Assembly: GCA_045616945.1 (NCBI GenBank)
Contig: JAZLHR010000127.1
Span: forward strand, 1 to 62,801
DNA length: 62,801 nt
Source of the DNA: Lachnospiraceae bacterium
Lineage (GTDB): Bacteria; Bacillota; Clostridia; Lachnospirales; Lachnospiraceae
Direction: 5' to 3'
How positions within the stretch are numbered: position 1 is the first letter of the stretch; the number at the start of each line of letters is the position of its first letter. The position numbers were made by a program, and so were the translations under genes. Below the pieces are notes generated by a model. That model had not been told where the DNA came from. It was given only the letters and a program-made list of their open reading frames with translations, and did not search any database. Below are positions 25,015-32,409 of the stretch, piece after piece.

Positions 25015-26913
25015 ATGCGTGAGAAGATCACCCGCCGTCAGATCGAAGAAGCCGTTGTGGAGACCGCATGGTGCTACTATCTGAAGGGCACAAAGGTGCA
25101 GTATGATTCACAGGAGATGAACTGCAAGCAGGGAACGAACCAGCAGACGCTTCTGGCACAGGCTCCGATGGGGAAATATTATCTGGGAGCGTGGCGTACT
25201 TCGGAATATTCCTGCCCGGAAAACGCGACCTCGGACAGCTCCGTATTTACGGTCTGCAGTGATTATTGCTGGAATTCCATGTGTTATGCGACCGGGTATC
25301 CCGTATTGGGGTACCGTCTGAATTCCATTACCGCGGCTCTTTGGGCACTCGGCGAATATGTGGAAGACATGATGGTCATGCGCGTCAAAAATTCCAACTA
25401 TCTTGCCTATAAGAACAGCCCGATCGAAGTCATGGAGCAGTACGGCATCACCGAAAAGCACATGATGACGGTGGAAGAGGGCCGAGCCTTCCTGAAGGAC
25501 TGGGAGCATCATCTGCGTCCCGGCGATTGGTATACTTCCACGACCCATGTGATGCTGTATATCGGTCACGGCTATGTGCTCGATTCCTGGGGCGGCAAAT
25601 ATAATATGACTTCCGGCGTGGATACCTACGAACGGAAGGGCTCCGTATTTACCCTGCACCGCTTTGAAGATATTGCGCTGGACGGCACGGACCCGGTGAT
25701 CGGAAATGCCTATGCGCTCAAGGACGGCAATGAGGCCATGAATTTCTGTGCCGTTTACCGTCCCATCAACAATCTGGTGGAAGATGCGGGCACCGGCGAC
25801 CCCGGCGACGATACGCTGAAGGAAGACTATGTGCTGCCGGAAAGACCCGGGATCCTGTATCCCGAAAATGTGAAGCGTACCGGCTTCGGCATCACGCCGG
25901 AGGCATTTTCCCGTCTGCGCTTCCCCGGAATGGAGATCGACAGGACCCAGGACGTCGGCCCCTTCGCAACGGCTGTTTACGGAGATATCATCACATATCA
26001 CACCGTTGTCAGCAATCGGAGCAGCAATCCGAAATACCGTGAGTTTAAGGAGGCTGTGCATCCCGAACTGGCTCCGTATGCCGGAGATGATTATACCGGC
26101 ATTAAGATCGTGGAAACGGTCCCCGAGGGCTGCGAGCTGTACCGGGCCGCACAGGACTGCGCGTATGAAAGCGGCAGACTGACCTGGACGGCGGATATCC
26201 CGGCCGGTTCGTCCCGCGATTTCTGGTATGCCGTGCGTGTGGTAGGAAAGCCCGGCACGGTGATCGTGAATGACGCCGGTATGGTGGACGATATTCCTTC
26301 CAACCGTCTGGAATGCCGCATCGGCTGCAGCAAGCTCGATTTTAAGAAGGCTGCCGCTGCTGCCCGCGGGTGGAAGAAGGAGACCGTTCCCGCAGATGCT
26401 TTCGATTTTGTCCGGAAGTATTATGAAAAGGCAGGGGCTTCTGTTTCTTTGCCAGATGCGGACGCTTTGACCGAGGCTCTGTTTGAAATCCGTGATATCC
26501 ATGTGGAACACGGCTATTTCAAATATTACCGGAATTCCTTTGATGTGCGGATGTTTGAGCGCAGAAAGGATGCTGCGGAGCCTTACGGTGCAATGCTGGT
26601 GGACGGATATTCCGGCGGTGTATATCTGCACACTGACCGTTTTGCCGATAAGCGGATCATGGAATTCTCGTACGATTACCTGCAGCCGGGAGATATTCTG
26701 GTTTACAGGAATTATGAGCTGCAGGACGGAGTGCTGACCGGCAAGGCTTCTGAAACGGAAGTATATGTTTATACCGGAAATGATCTGCTGCTCGGTATCG
26801 ACCGGGAGAAGAATGTGTTTACGGAGATCAAATCCGCGGATGTCCTTTGGAAGGCGCATATTTACGATCTGTTCTATGCCGTTCGTCCCGGACAGGCATC
26901 GGAACTCCTGTAA
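25015..26913 (+). CDS. hypothetical leaderless protein with an N-terminal NlpC/P60 (C40)-like module, a DUF11-like beta-sandwich and a degenerate second C40-like module
   Basis: GAGGGAGG RBS and ATG at 25015. VCSDYCWNSMCYATGYPV (Cys) and RPGDWYTSTTHVMLYIGHGYVLDSWG (His). TVPEGCELY...LTWTADIPAGSSRDFWYAVRVVG. C-terminal LQPGDILVY...VYVYTGNDLLLG. No signal peptide. Confidence 0.5.
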   Translation: MREKITRRQIEEAVVETAWCYYLKGTKVQYDSQEMNCKQGTNQQTLLAQAPMGKYYLGAWRTSEYSCPENATSDSSVFTVCSDYCWNSMCYATGYPVLGYRLNSITAALWALGEYVEDMMVMRVKNSNYLAYKNSPIEVMEQYGITEKHMMTVEEGRAFLKDWEHHLRPGDWYTSTTHVMLYIGHGYVLDSWGGKYNMTSGVDTYERKGSVFTLHRFEDIALDGTDPVIGNAYALKDGNEAMNFCAVYRPINNLVEDAGTGDPGDDTLKEDYVLPERPGILYPENVKRTGFGITPEAFSRLRFPGMEIDRTQDVGPFATAVYGDIITYHTVVSNRSSNPKYREFKEAVHPELAPYAGDDYTGIKIVETVPEGCELYRAAQDCAYESGRLTWTADIPAGSSRDFWYAVRVVGKPGTVIVNDAGMVDDIPSNRLECRIGCSKLDFKKAAAAARGWKKETVPADAFDFVRKYYEKAGASVSLPDADALTEALFEIRDIHVEHGYFKYYRNSFDVRMFERRKDAAEPYGAMLVDGYSGGVYLHTDRFADKRIMEFSYDYLQPGDILVYRNYELQDGVLTGKASETEVYVYTGNDLLLGIDREKNVFTEIKSADVLWKAHIYDLFYAVRPGQASELL

Positions 26914-27020
26914 AGATGCTCCCGCGTGAAACCGGAACCGGAATCATACCGATATCAGCCCTTCCGACGGCTATTTACCGTACTGTTTCCTGATAAATGA
27001 ATATTTTATAGTTTCTTTAT

Positions 27021-27059
27021 TGAATTTTTCTTCCGGCCGTGTTACTCTACCCGAAGAAG
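27021..27059 (+). promoter_or_regulatory. putative marR promoter with overlapping inverted repeat (candidate MarR operator)
   Basis: TTGAAT (27021-27026), 17 nt, TACTCT (27044-27049). Inverted repeat TTCTTCCGG (27029-27037) / CCCGAAGAA (27051-27059), one mismatch. Confidence 0.45.
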
Positions 27060-27083
27060 TATAAAAACGAAAAGGAAGTTGTT

Positions 27084-27512
27084 ATGGATTTCAGTATCTT
27101 AAGTCTTCTGATTCGCTGCGACAGATCCTTCACACATGAACGGATCCGCAGTCAGTCGATGAGCGACACGGAATGTATGATCTGCTCTTATGTGAATGCC
27201 CACAATGATTGTTCTCAGGATGATGTTGCCAACGGCCTGAAGATGGATAAGACGACGGTCGGCAAGGCCATCGGTTCTTTGGAAAAGAAGATATTCATAT
27301 CGCGCCGTCAGGACTCCAAGGATCGCCGCAGGAACCTTCTCCGGCTGACGGAGGCGGGGAAGCAGAAGACCCTGGCCGTTCTGAATGAGCAAAAAGCATG
27401 GCTGAATGAGGTCTTTGCGTGCCTGTCTGCCGAGGAACAGCGTTTTTATGAGGAATGTTCCCGCCGTCTGCTAGCGTCTGCGGAGGGCATTCTCGTGAAG
27501 AAAAAGGCTTGA
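27084..27512 (+). CDS. MarR family transcriptional regulator
   Basis: 142 aa. Winged HTH DDVANGLKMDKTTVGKAIGSLEKKIFISRRQDSKDRRRNLLRLTEAG. Confidence 0.85.
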   Translation: MDFSILSLLIRCDRSFTHERIRSQSMSDTECMICSYVNAHNDCSQDDVANGLKMDKTTVGKAIGSLEKKIFISRRQDSKDRRRNLLRLTEAGKQKTLAVLNEQKAWLNEVFACLSAEEQRFYEECSRRLLASAEGILVKKKA

Positions 27513-27535
27513 TCCGGTTTCGGACGGTTCGAACA

Positions 27536-27585
27536 TGAAAAACAGAGCGTATGCCGCGGTGCTGCCGACATACGCTCTGTTTTTA
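27536..27585. terminator. bidirectional Rho-independent terminator between marR and the HTH-TPR gene
   Basis: A5 run, AACAGAGCGTATG (27541-27553) pairs with CATACGCTCTGTT (27569-27581), then a T-run. Confidence 0.8.
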
Positions 27586-27613
27586 TCTGTCGGTAAGGAA
27601 CCGGGCAGAAGCG

Positions 27614-28825
27614 TTATACAAATGCGATCTCGTTTTTTAAGTTCAAAGCGTCCTTGTAGCGGCGCTGTTCGACCAGATAATCGATCATCCAGTCGGCCAG
27701 AAGACGGTAATATCCCTCGCCCAGCTGTTCGCGGCTTTCCTTCAAAAGGACCGTCAGGGTCTCGATGTATTCGTCCCCGCTGCGCTGCTTCTGAATGTAT
27801 CGCAGCTGGGTAAAATAGAGCAGAAGATCGTAGATCTTCGGCATACGGTCGTCGCGGCGGTTGATCGCCTGCTGGAGGTATTGATTGCCGTAGCCGGGAT
27901 TATCGGTCTCAAAATAGCAGACTGCCAATTTCTGACCGGTCAGTACCTTCTGCTCATCCATCCCGTGCGCGTTGCTTTTCAGTGATGCGAGCAGATAGGG
28001 AATGGCTTCGGCAAACATTTTATGTTCCAGATATGCGGAACCGATATTGAACTGGATCAGCGCGGAGACGCCTTCATCGTAGCCGCGGGACAGCTCCAGC
28101 GCTCTTTTATAGTATTTCAGCATAAAGGAAACGTCGTTGAAATTGGAATAGCAGGCACCGAGCAGATAGCTGCTCCACAGCAGCGTGGAAAGTCTGCCTT
28201 CCTCGGCACCGGCCGCAAAGGCGTTTTCCGCGGCGGAAATGGCGAACATGTATTCTTTGCGGGTATAGTAACATTCGGCGATCGCCTGCTTCACGAAACT
28301 GTTGGAAAACAGATTTTCTGCGAGGCGGAGATTATCCAGCTGATCTTCGGATTCCAGCTGGCCGCAGCCCGCATAGTACAGAAACAGCTGATTGTTGTCC
28401 ATATTTTCGCGGAATTTGGAAAGGTAGGCTGCTTCCTGGTGGCAGAGCGGCGCTTTCTTGCCGTATTTGCGGATCAGGTCGTACAGATTGAACAGATGCC
28501 AGGTCAGATGCAGCTCGCAATTCTCCAATTCCTTCTGGTGCAGCTTCAAATAGGCGGATTCTTCCTCCGCCGCTTCATTGTGGAAATATTTATCAAAGAA
28601 GGATGTGATCATCGCTTCCGCTTTCGCGGTCAGAGCAGCATCCTCCGAGAAATGGATCCCCAGTGCCTGATAGAGCTTATCCAGAATGGCGGGGCTGGGA
28701 TTGCCGATCCCCTGTTCGATCTTGCTGAGATAGGAGACCGCGCAGATGCCTTTGCAGAGCTCCTCCTGGGAAAGTCCTTTCTGCAGCCGCTGCTGTCTGA
28801 TGATAAAGCCTGTGAAATTTTTCAT
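27614..28825 (-). CDS. XRE-type HTH + TPR-repeat regulator (RNPP-like architecture)
   Basis: 403 aa. N-terminal IIRQQRLQKGLSQEELCKGICAVSYLSKIEQG (Cro/C1 HTH), followed by about 330 aa of TPR-like helical repeats. AAGGGAG RBS. Confidence 0.8.
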   Translation of the reverse strand: MKNFTGFIIRQQRLQKGLSQEELCKGICAVSYLSKIEQGIGNPSPAILDKLYQALGIHFSEDAALTAKAEAMITSFFDKYFHNEAAEEESAYLKLHQKELENCELHLTWHLFNLYDLIRKYGKKAPLCHQEAAYLSKFRENMDNNQLFLYYAGCGQLESEDQLDNLRLAENLFSNSFVKQAIAECYYTRKEYMFAISAAENAFAAGAEEGRLSTLLWSSYLLGACYSNFNDVSFMLKYYKRALELSRGYDEGVSALIQFNIGSAYLEHKMFAEAIPYLLASLKSNAHGMDEQKVLTGQKLAVCYFETDNPGYGNQYLQQAINRRDDRMPKIYDLLLYFTQLRYIQKQRSGDEYIETLTVLLKESREQLGEGYYRLLADWMIDYLVEQRRYKDALNLKNEIAFV

Positions 28826-28865
28826 AAATGTCAGCTCCCTTTTGCCTTTTAAGAATCACGTGTGT

Positions 28866-28894
28866 ACTATACTAGGAATATCTTCCTAATTCAA
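28866..28894 (-). promoter_or_regulatory. putative promoter of the HTH-TPR gene with a perfect palindrome in the spacer
   Basis: Minus strand: TTGAAT (28894-28889), 17 nt, TATAGT (28871-28866). The spacer contains TAGGAATATCTTCCTA (28873-28888), with 6-bp perfect arms. Confidence 0.5.
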
Positions 28895-28912
28895 GCATTA
28901 TCGTGCGTTTTT

Positions 28913-28941
28913 TTGATTATCCGCCGGAAATATGATATAAT
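28913..28941 (+). promoter_or_regulatory. putative sigma-A promoter of the ynbB-like gene
   Basis: TTGATT (28913-28918), 17 nt, TATAAT (28936-28941) with a TG extension. Confidence 0.65.
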
Positions 28942-29001
28942 ACGGACGTCGGGCCGGCAGAAGCTCTGCGATGCCGCCCAGTTTATTTTAAGGAGCTGTA
29001 T

Positions 29002-30279
29002 ATGCTGCAGGATTATTATGAACAGGCAGGCATTTCTCAGGAAGTATTCGCGCTCGGGGAAAGTGTCCTGCAGGCTTTGAAGCCTCGTTTCGAGGAAATA
29101 GACCGCATCGCCGAATACAATCAGCTGAAGGTGCTTTCCGCCATGCGGAAGAACCGTATTTCCGAGGCACATCTTTCCGGGACGACCGGATACGGACATA
29201 ATGACCTGGGCCGTGACGCGCTGGAGCAGGTCTACGCGGACACCTTCCATACCGAAGATGCGCTTGTCCGGCCGCAGATCACCTGCGGAACGCATGCGCT
29301 GTATCTGGCGCTTTCCGCCAATGTACACCCCGGAGATGAGATCCTTTCGCCCGTGGGCCGTCCCTACGATACGCTGGAGGAAGTCATCGGGATCCGCCCG
29401 TCGGTCGGGTCTTTGGCGGAATACGGTGTCAGTTACCGTGAAGTGGACCTGCTGCCGGACGGAGGCTTCGATTATGAAGGGATCCGGAAAGCCATCGGCA
29501 GCCGGACTCGTCTGGTGACCATCCAGCGGTCGAAGGGATATGCGACGCGGCCGACTCTTTCCCCGGAACGGATCGGCGAACTGATCGCTTTTATCAAGGA
29601 GATCAAGCCGGATGTGACCGTGATGGTGGATAATTGCTACGGGGAATTCACCTGCGAAAAGGAACCTTCGGATTACGGCGCGGATATGGTGGTCGGCTCC
29701 CTGATCAAGAATCCCGGCGGCGGGCTGGCTCCGGTCGGCGGATATATTGCCGGCAGGGCGGATCTGATCGAGCGCTGCGCCAAGCGCCTTACGGCCCCCG
29801 GCCTCGGCAAGGAAGTCGGTGCCAGTCTTGGGATGAATGCCTCCTTCTATCAGGGCTTCTTCCTTTCCCCGACTGTTACGGCCGGTGCGGAAAAAGGGGC
29901 GCTGTTCGCGGCTGCCATTTACGAAAAGCTTGGATTCCCCGTATATCCTTCGTCGTCGGAAACCCGGTATGATATCATTCAGGCGGTGACGCTCGGCAGT
30001 CCGAAGGCGATGGAAGCCTTCTGCAGCGGGATCCAGTCCGCTGCGCCGGTGGACAGCTTTGTGAGGCCGGTCGCGTCCGAAATGGCGGGCTATTCCGATC
30101 CGGTGATCATGGCGGCCGGGGCTTTCGTGGAGGGATCTTCCATCGAACTCTCCGCGGACGGTCCCATGCGGGAGCCGTATTCCGTCTTCTTCCAGGGCGG
30201 ATTGACCTGGTATCACGCAAAATACGGAATTTTGATGTCTGTGCAAAAATTGGTAGACGCAGGACTGGCTGTGTGTTAG
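29002..30279 (+). CDS. methionine gamma-lyase family / aluminium-resistance (YnbB-like) PLP-dependent protein
   Basis: 425 aa. TGYGHNDLGRDALEQVYA...QRSKGY...VDNCYGEF...GSLIKNPGGGLAPVGGYIAG is characteristic of the YnbB family. Confidence 0.75.
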   Translation: MLQDYYEQAGISQEVFALGESVLQALKPRFEEIDRIAEYNQLKVLSAMRKNRISEAHLSGTTGYGHNDLGRDALEQVYADTFHTEDALVRPQITCGTHALYLALSANVHPGDEILSPVGRPYDTLEEVIGIRPSVGSLAEYGVSYREVDLLPDGGFDYEGIRKAIGSRTRLVTIQRSKGYATRPTLSPERIGELIAFIKEIKPDVTVMVDNCYGEFTCEKEPSDYGADMVVGSLIKNPGGGLAPVGGYIAGRADLIERCAKRLTAPGLGKEVGASLGMNASFYQGFFLSPTVTAGAEKGALFAAAIYEKLGFPVYPSSSETRYDIIQAVTLGSPKAMEAFCSGIQSAAPVDSFVRPVASEMAGYSDPVIMAAGAFVEGSSIELSADGPMREPYSVFFQGGLTWYHAKYGILMSVQKLVDAGLAVC

Positions 30280-30325
30280 TATGAACGGGACCCCCGGCGC
30301 TTTGGAGAGCTGAGAGGAGGTCCTA

Positions 30326-31021
30326 TTGAACCATCATTCGGGAATCAAATCCCTGCCCGCATCCGAAAGACCTTACGAGAGAGGCCTTGCTTTCGGCCCT
30401 TCCGCGCTCAGCAATGCGGAGCTTCTGGCGATCATTCTGCGCAGCGGAACGAAAGAGCAAAGCTCTCTGGCACTGGCGGAGGAACTGCTTCGGCATTTCG
30501 GAGGAGAACGCGGCGTGACCTTTCTGGCGGACTGTACGCCCGAAGAATTACAGCGGCTCGGCGGTATCGGGCCGGTCAAGGCTCTGACTTTGTCCGCGGT
30601 CGGCGAGCTTTCCCGGCGTATCGCAAAAACGCAGCGGGAGGCGCAGGTCACACTGTCCAGCCCTTCGTCCATTGCTTCCTACTTTATGGAGGAAATGCGG
30701 CATCTGGGACATGAGGAGCTGCGGCTGGTATGCCTGAATACCAAGAACAAGCTGCTGCATCAGGAAGTGATCTCGGTGGGAACGGTCAATGCTTCGCTTG
30801 CTTCCCCGAGAGAGATCTTTCTGACCGCACTCCGCCGCAGGGCGGCAGGCTTCATCCTGCTGCATAATCATCCCAGCGGGGATCCCACCCCCAGCCGCGA
30901 AGATATTTTGCTGACAAAAAAGCTTTCCGAGTCCGGGCAGATGCTGGAAATACCTCTGCTGGATCATATCGTTATCGGCGACAGACGGTATTATAGTATG
31001 AAGGAAGAAGGGTATCTTTGA
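30326..31021 (+). CDS. radC: RadC-family JAB/MPN domain protein
   Basis: SNAELLAIILRSG, HhH segment, HNHPSGDPTPSRED motif. TTG start per the track. Confidence 0.85.
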   Translation: MNHHSGIKSLPASERPYERGLAFGPSALSNAELLAIILRSGTKEQSSLALAEELLRHFGGERGVTFLADCTPEELQRLGGIGPVKALTLSAVGELSRRIAKTQREAQVTLSSPSSIASYFMEEMRHLGHEELRLVCLNTKNKLLHQEVISVGTVNASLASPREIFLTALRRRAAGFILLHNHPSGDPTPSREDILLTKKLSESGQMLEIPLLDHIVIGDRRYYSMKEEGYL

Positions 31022-31034
31022 TCGGAGACTATCC

Positions 31035-31886
31035 ATGACCGAAAATCGTAACCCCAAGGATTTTCATCACAGGCGTTTGCTGATCCTGCTGGTCAGCATA
31101 TGCCTTTTTCTGCTGTTCGTAAGCTCCTTCAGCGCCTCCTTCAATAACGGCGTGCGGGGGGCTCTGAACGCTGTGCTGATGCCTATGCAGAAAGGGATGA
31201 ACAAGGCCGGCAGCAGCGTGTTTACCGAGCTGCAGAAGCTGCAGGAACTGCATTATGTGCAGGAAGAAAATGAAATATTGCTGCGTGAGATCGCGGAGAT
31301 GGAGCAGGAGAATACCCGCCTGCGCCTGGAGCTGCTGGAACTGGAACAGGCAAGGGAGCTTTTGAAGCTGCAGGAGCAATATCCGCAGTACGAGACCGTC
31401 GGCGCACATATCATAGGCAAAAATTCCGGCAACTGGTATCAGTCCTTCCTGATCGATAAGGGGACGGCGGACGGAATCCGGCTGAATATGAACATTTTGG
31501 CGATGGGAGGGCTCGTCGGTGTCGTTACGGCCATCGGGCCTGACTATGCGACAGTCAGTTCCATCATCAACGAAGACCGTTATGTGAGCGCGATGTCGGT
31601 GCGGACAGGCGATACGTTTATGGTCAAGGGAGACCTGACCCTGTATGCAGACCAGAAGCTTGCGATGGAAAACATCAAAAAGAACGCGGAAGTGGATACG
31701 GGCGATATCATCGTGACATCCAATATCAGTGATATTTACCTCCCCGGTCTGCTGATCGGCTACGCGGAAGAAGTGCAGACGGATCCCGATAAACTGACCA
31801 AGTCCGGAACGCTGCTCCCCGTCGTGGATTTCGAATCGCTAGACAATGTTCTGGTCATATTGAAAACCAAAGAAACAGGAGACTGA
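31035..31886 (+). CDS. mreC: rod shape-determining protein MreC
   Basis: N-terminal TM helix, coiled coil (LREIAEMEQENTRLRLELLELEQ), beta-rich C-terminal domain. Position upstream of mreD. Confidence 0.85.
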   Translation: MTENRNPKDFHHRRLLILLVSICLFLLFVSSFSASFNNGVRGALNAVLMPMQKGMNKAGSSVFTELQKLQELHYVQEENEILLREIAEMEQENTRLRLELLELEQARELLKLQEQYPQYETVGAHIIGKNSGNWYQSFLIDKGTADGIRLNMNILAMGGLVGVVTAIGPDYATVSSIINEDRYVSAMSVRTGDTFMVKGDLTLYADQKLAMENIKKNAEVDTGDIIVTSNISDIYLPGLLIGYAEEVQTDPDKLTKSGTLLPVVDFESLDNVLVILKTKETGD

Positions 31887-31890
31887 GTCC

Positions 31891-32409
31891 ATGAAAAGGT
31901 TCCTGTTTTATACGGCGCTCGTCCTGGTATCGTTTTCTCTGCAGAATAATGTATTTGCGGCTTCTTCCCTGATCTCGACCGTTCCGAACATCATGCTGAT
32001 CGTGGTCTTTTCGTTCGGATTTCTGCGCGGAAGCAGCCACGGTATGCTGCTGGGCTTTGCCTGCGGTCTGCTGTCGGATGTCTTTTTCGGCAGTACGCTG
32101 GGAGTCTCCGCCCTGCTCTATACGATCATGGGATTCCTGATCGGTCTGCTCGGCCGCCTGTATTTTACCGAATTCTCGGATATGCCCCTTTTGCTGTGTC
32201 TGGTCAGTGATACTCTGTATCATATCGGCGTATTTATCGTCGTATTCGCAATGGGCGGGCAGTATCATTTCTTTTCTTATGTTTGGGATATATTGATCCC
32301 GGAGCTTTGCTATACCGGCGCGGCTGCGTTGGTTTTGTATCCGCTGCTTCGGAAAGCCGACGCAGCCGTATCAAAGTGGGAAGCGAGGAAGACAAGGTCC
32401 TTTGTTTAG
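31891..32409 (+). CDS. mreD: rod shape-determining protein MreD
   Basis: 172-aa polytopic membrane protein directly after mreC. Confidence 0.75.
   Translation: MKRFLFYTALVLVSFSLQNNVFAASSLISTVPNIMLIVVFSFGFLRGSSHGMLLGFACGLLSDVFFGSTLGVSALLYTIMGFLIGLLGRLYFTEFSDMPLLLCLVSDTLYHIGVFIVVFAMGGQYHFFSYVWDILIPELCYTGAAALVLYPLLRKADAAVSKWEARKTRSFV

Noticed and set aside
27516-27535. A GGTTCGAA string resembling a tRNA T-loop.
   Set aside because: There is no acceptor, D-arm or anticodon-arm complementarity around it. It lies in the short spacer after marR. I recognised no tRNA or rRNA genes anywhere in the window.
27513-27613. A search for a pro-peptide (quorum signal) gene downstream of the HTH-TPR regulator, including an ATG-initiated minus-strand reading frame of about 41 codons starting inside the terminator hairpin.
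   Set aside because: It has no Shine-Dalgarno sequence, it starts within the terminator stem, it runs antisense into marR, and it has no signal-like hydrophobic N-terminus.
28022-28852. Plus-strand ORFs of 276 aa (28022..28852) and 238 aa (41337..42053).
   Set aside because: They are codon-aligned shadows of the minus-strand HTH-TPR regulator and the 2-hydroxyacid dehydrogenase genes respectively. They have no RBS and no recognisable motifs.
28862-29080. A 72-aa plus-strand ORF in the divergent promoter region.
   Set aside because: It has a GTG start without an RBS, it overlaps the well-supported ynbB-like start at 29002 out of frame, and it is Cys/Arg-rich junk-like sequence.
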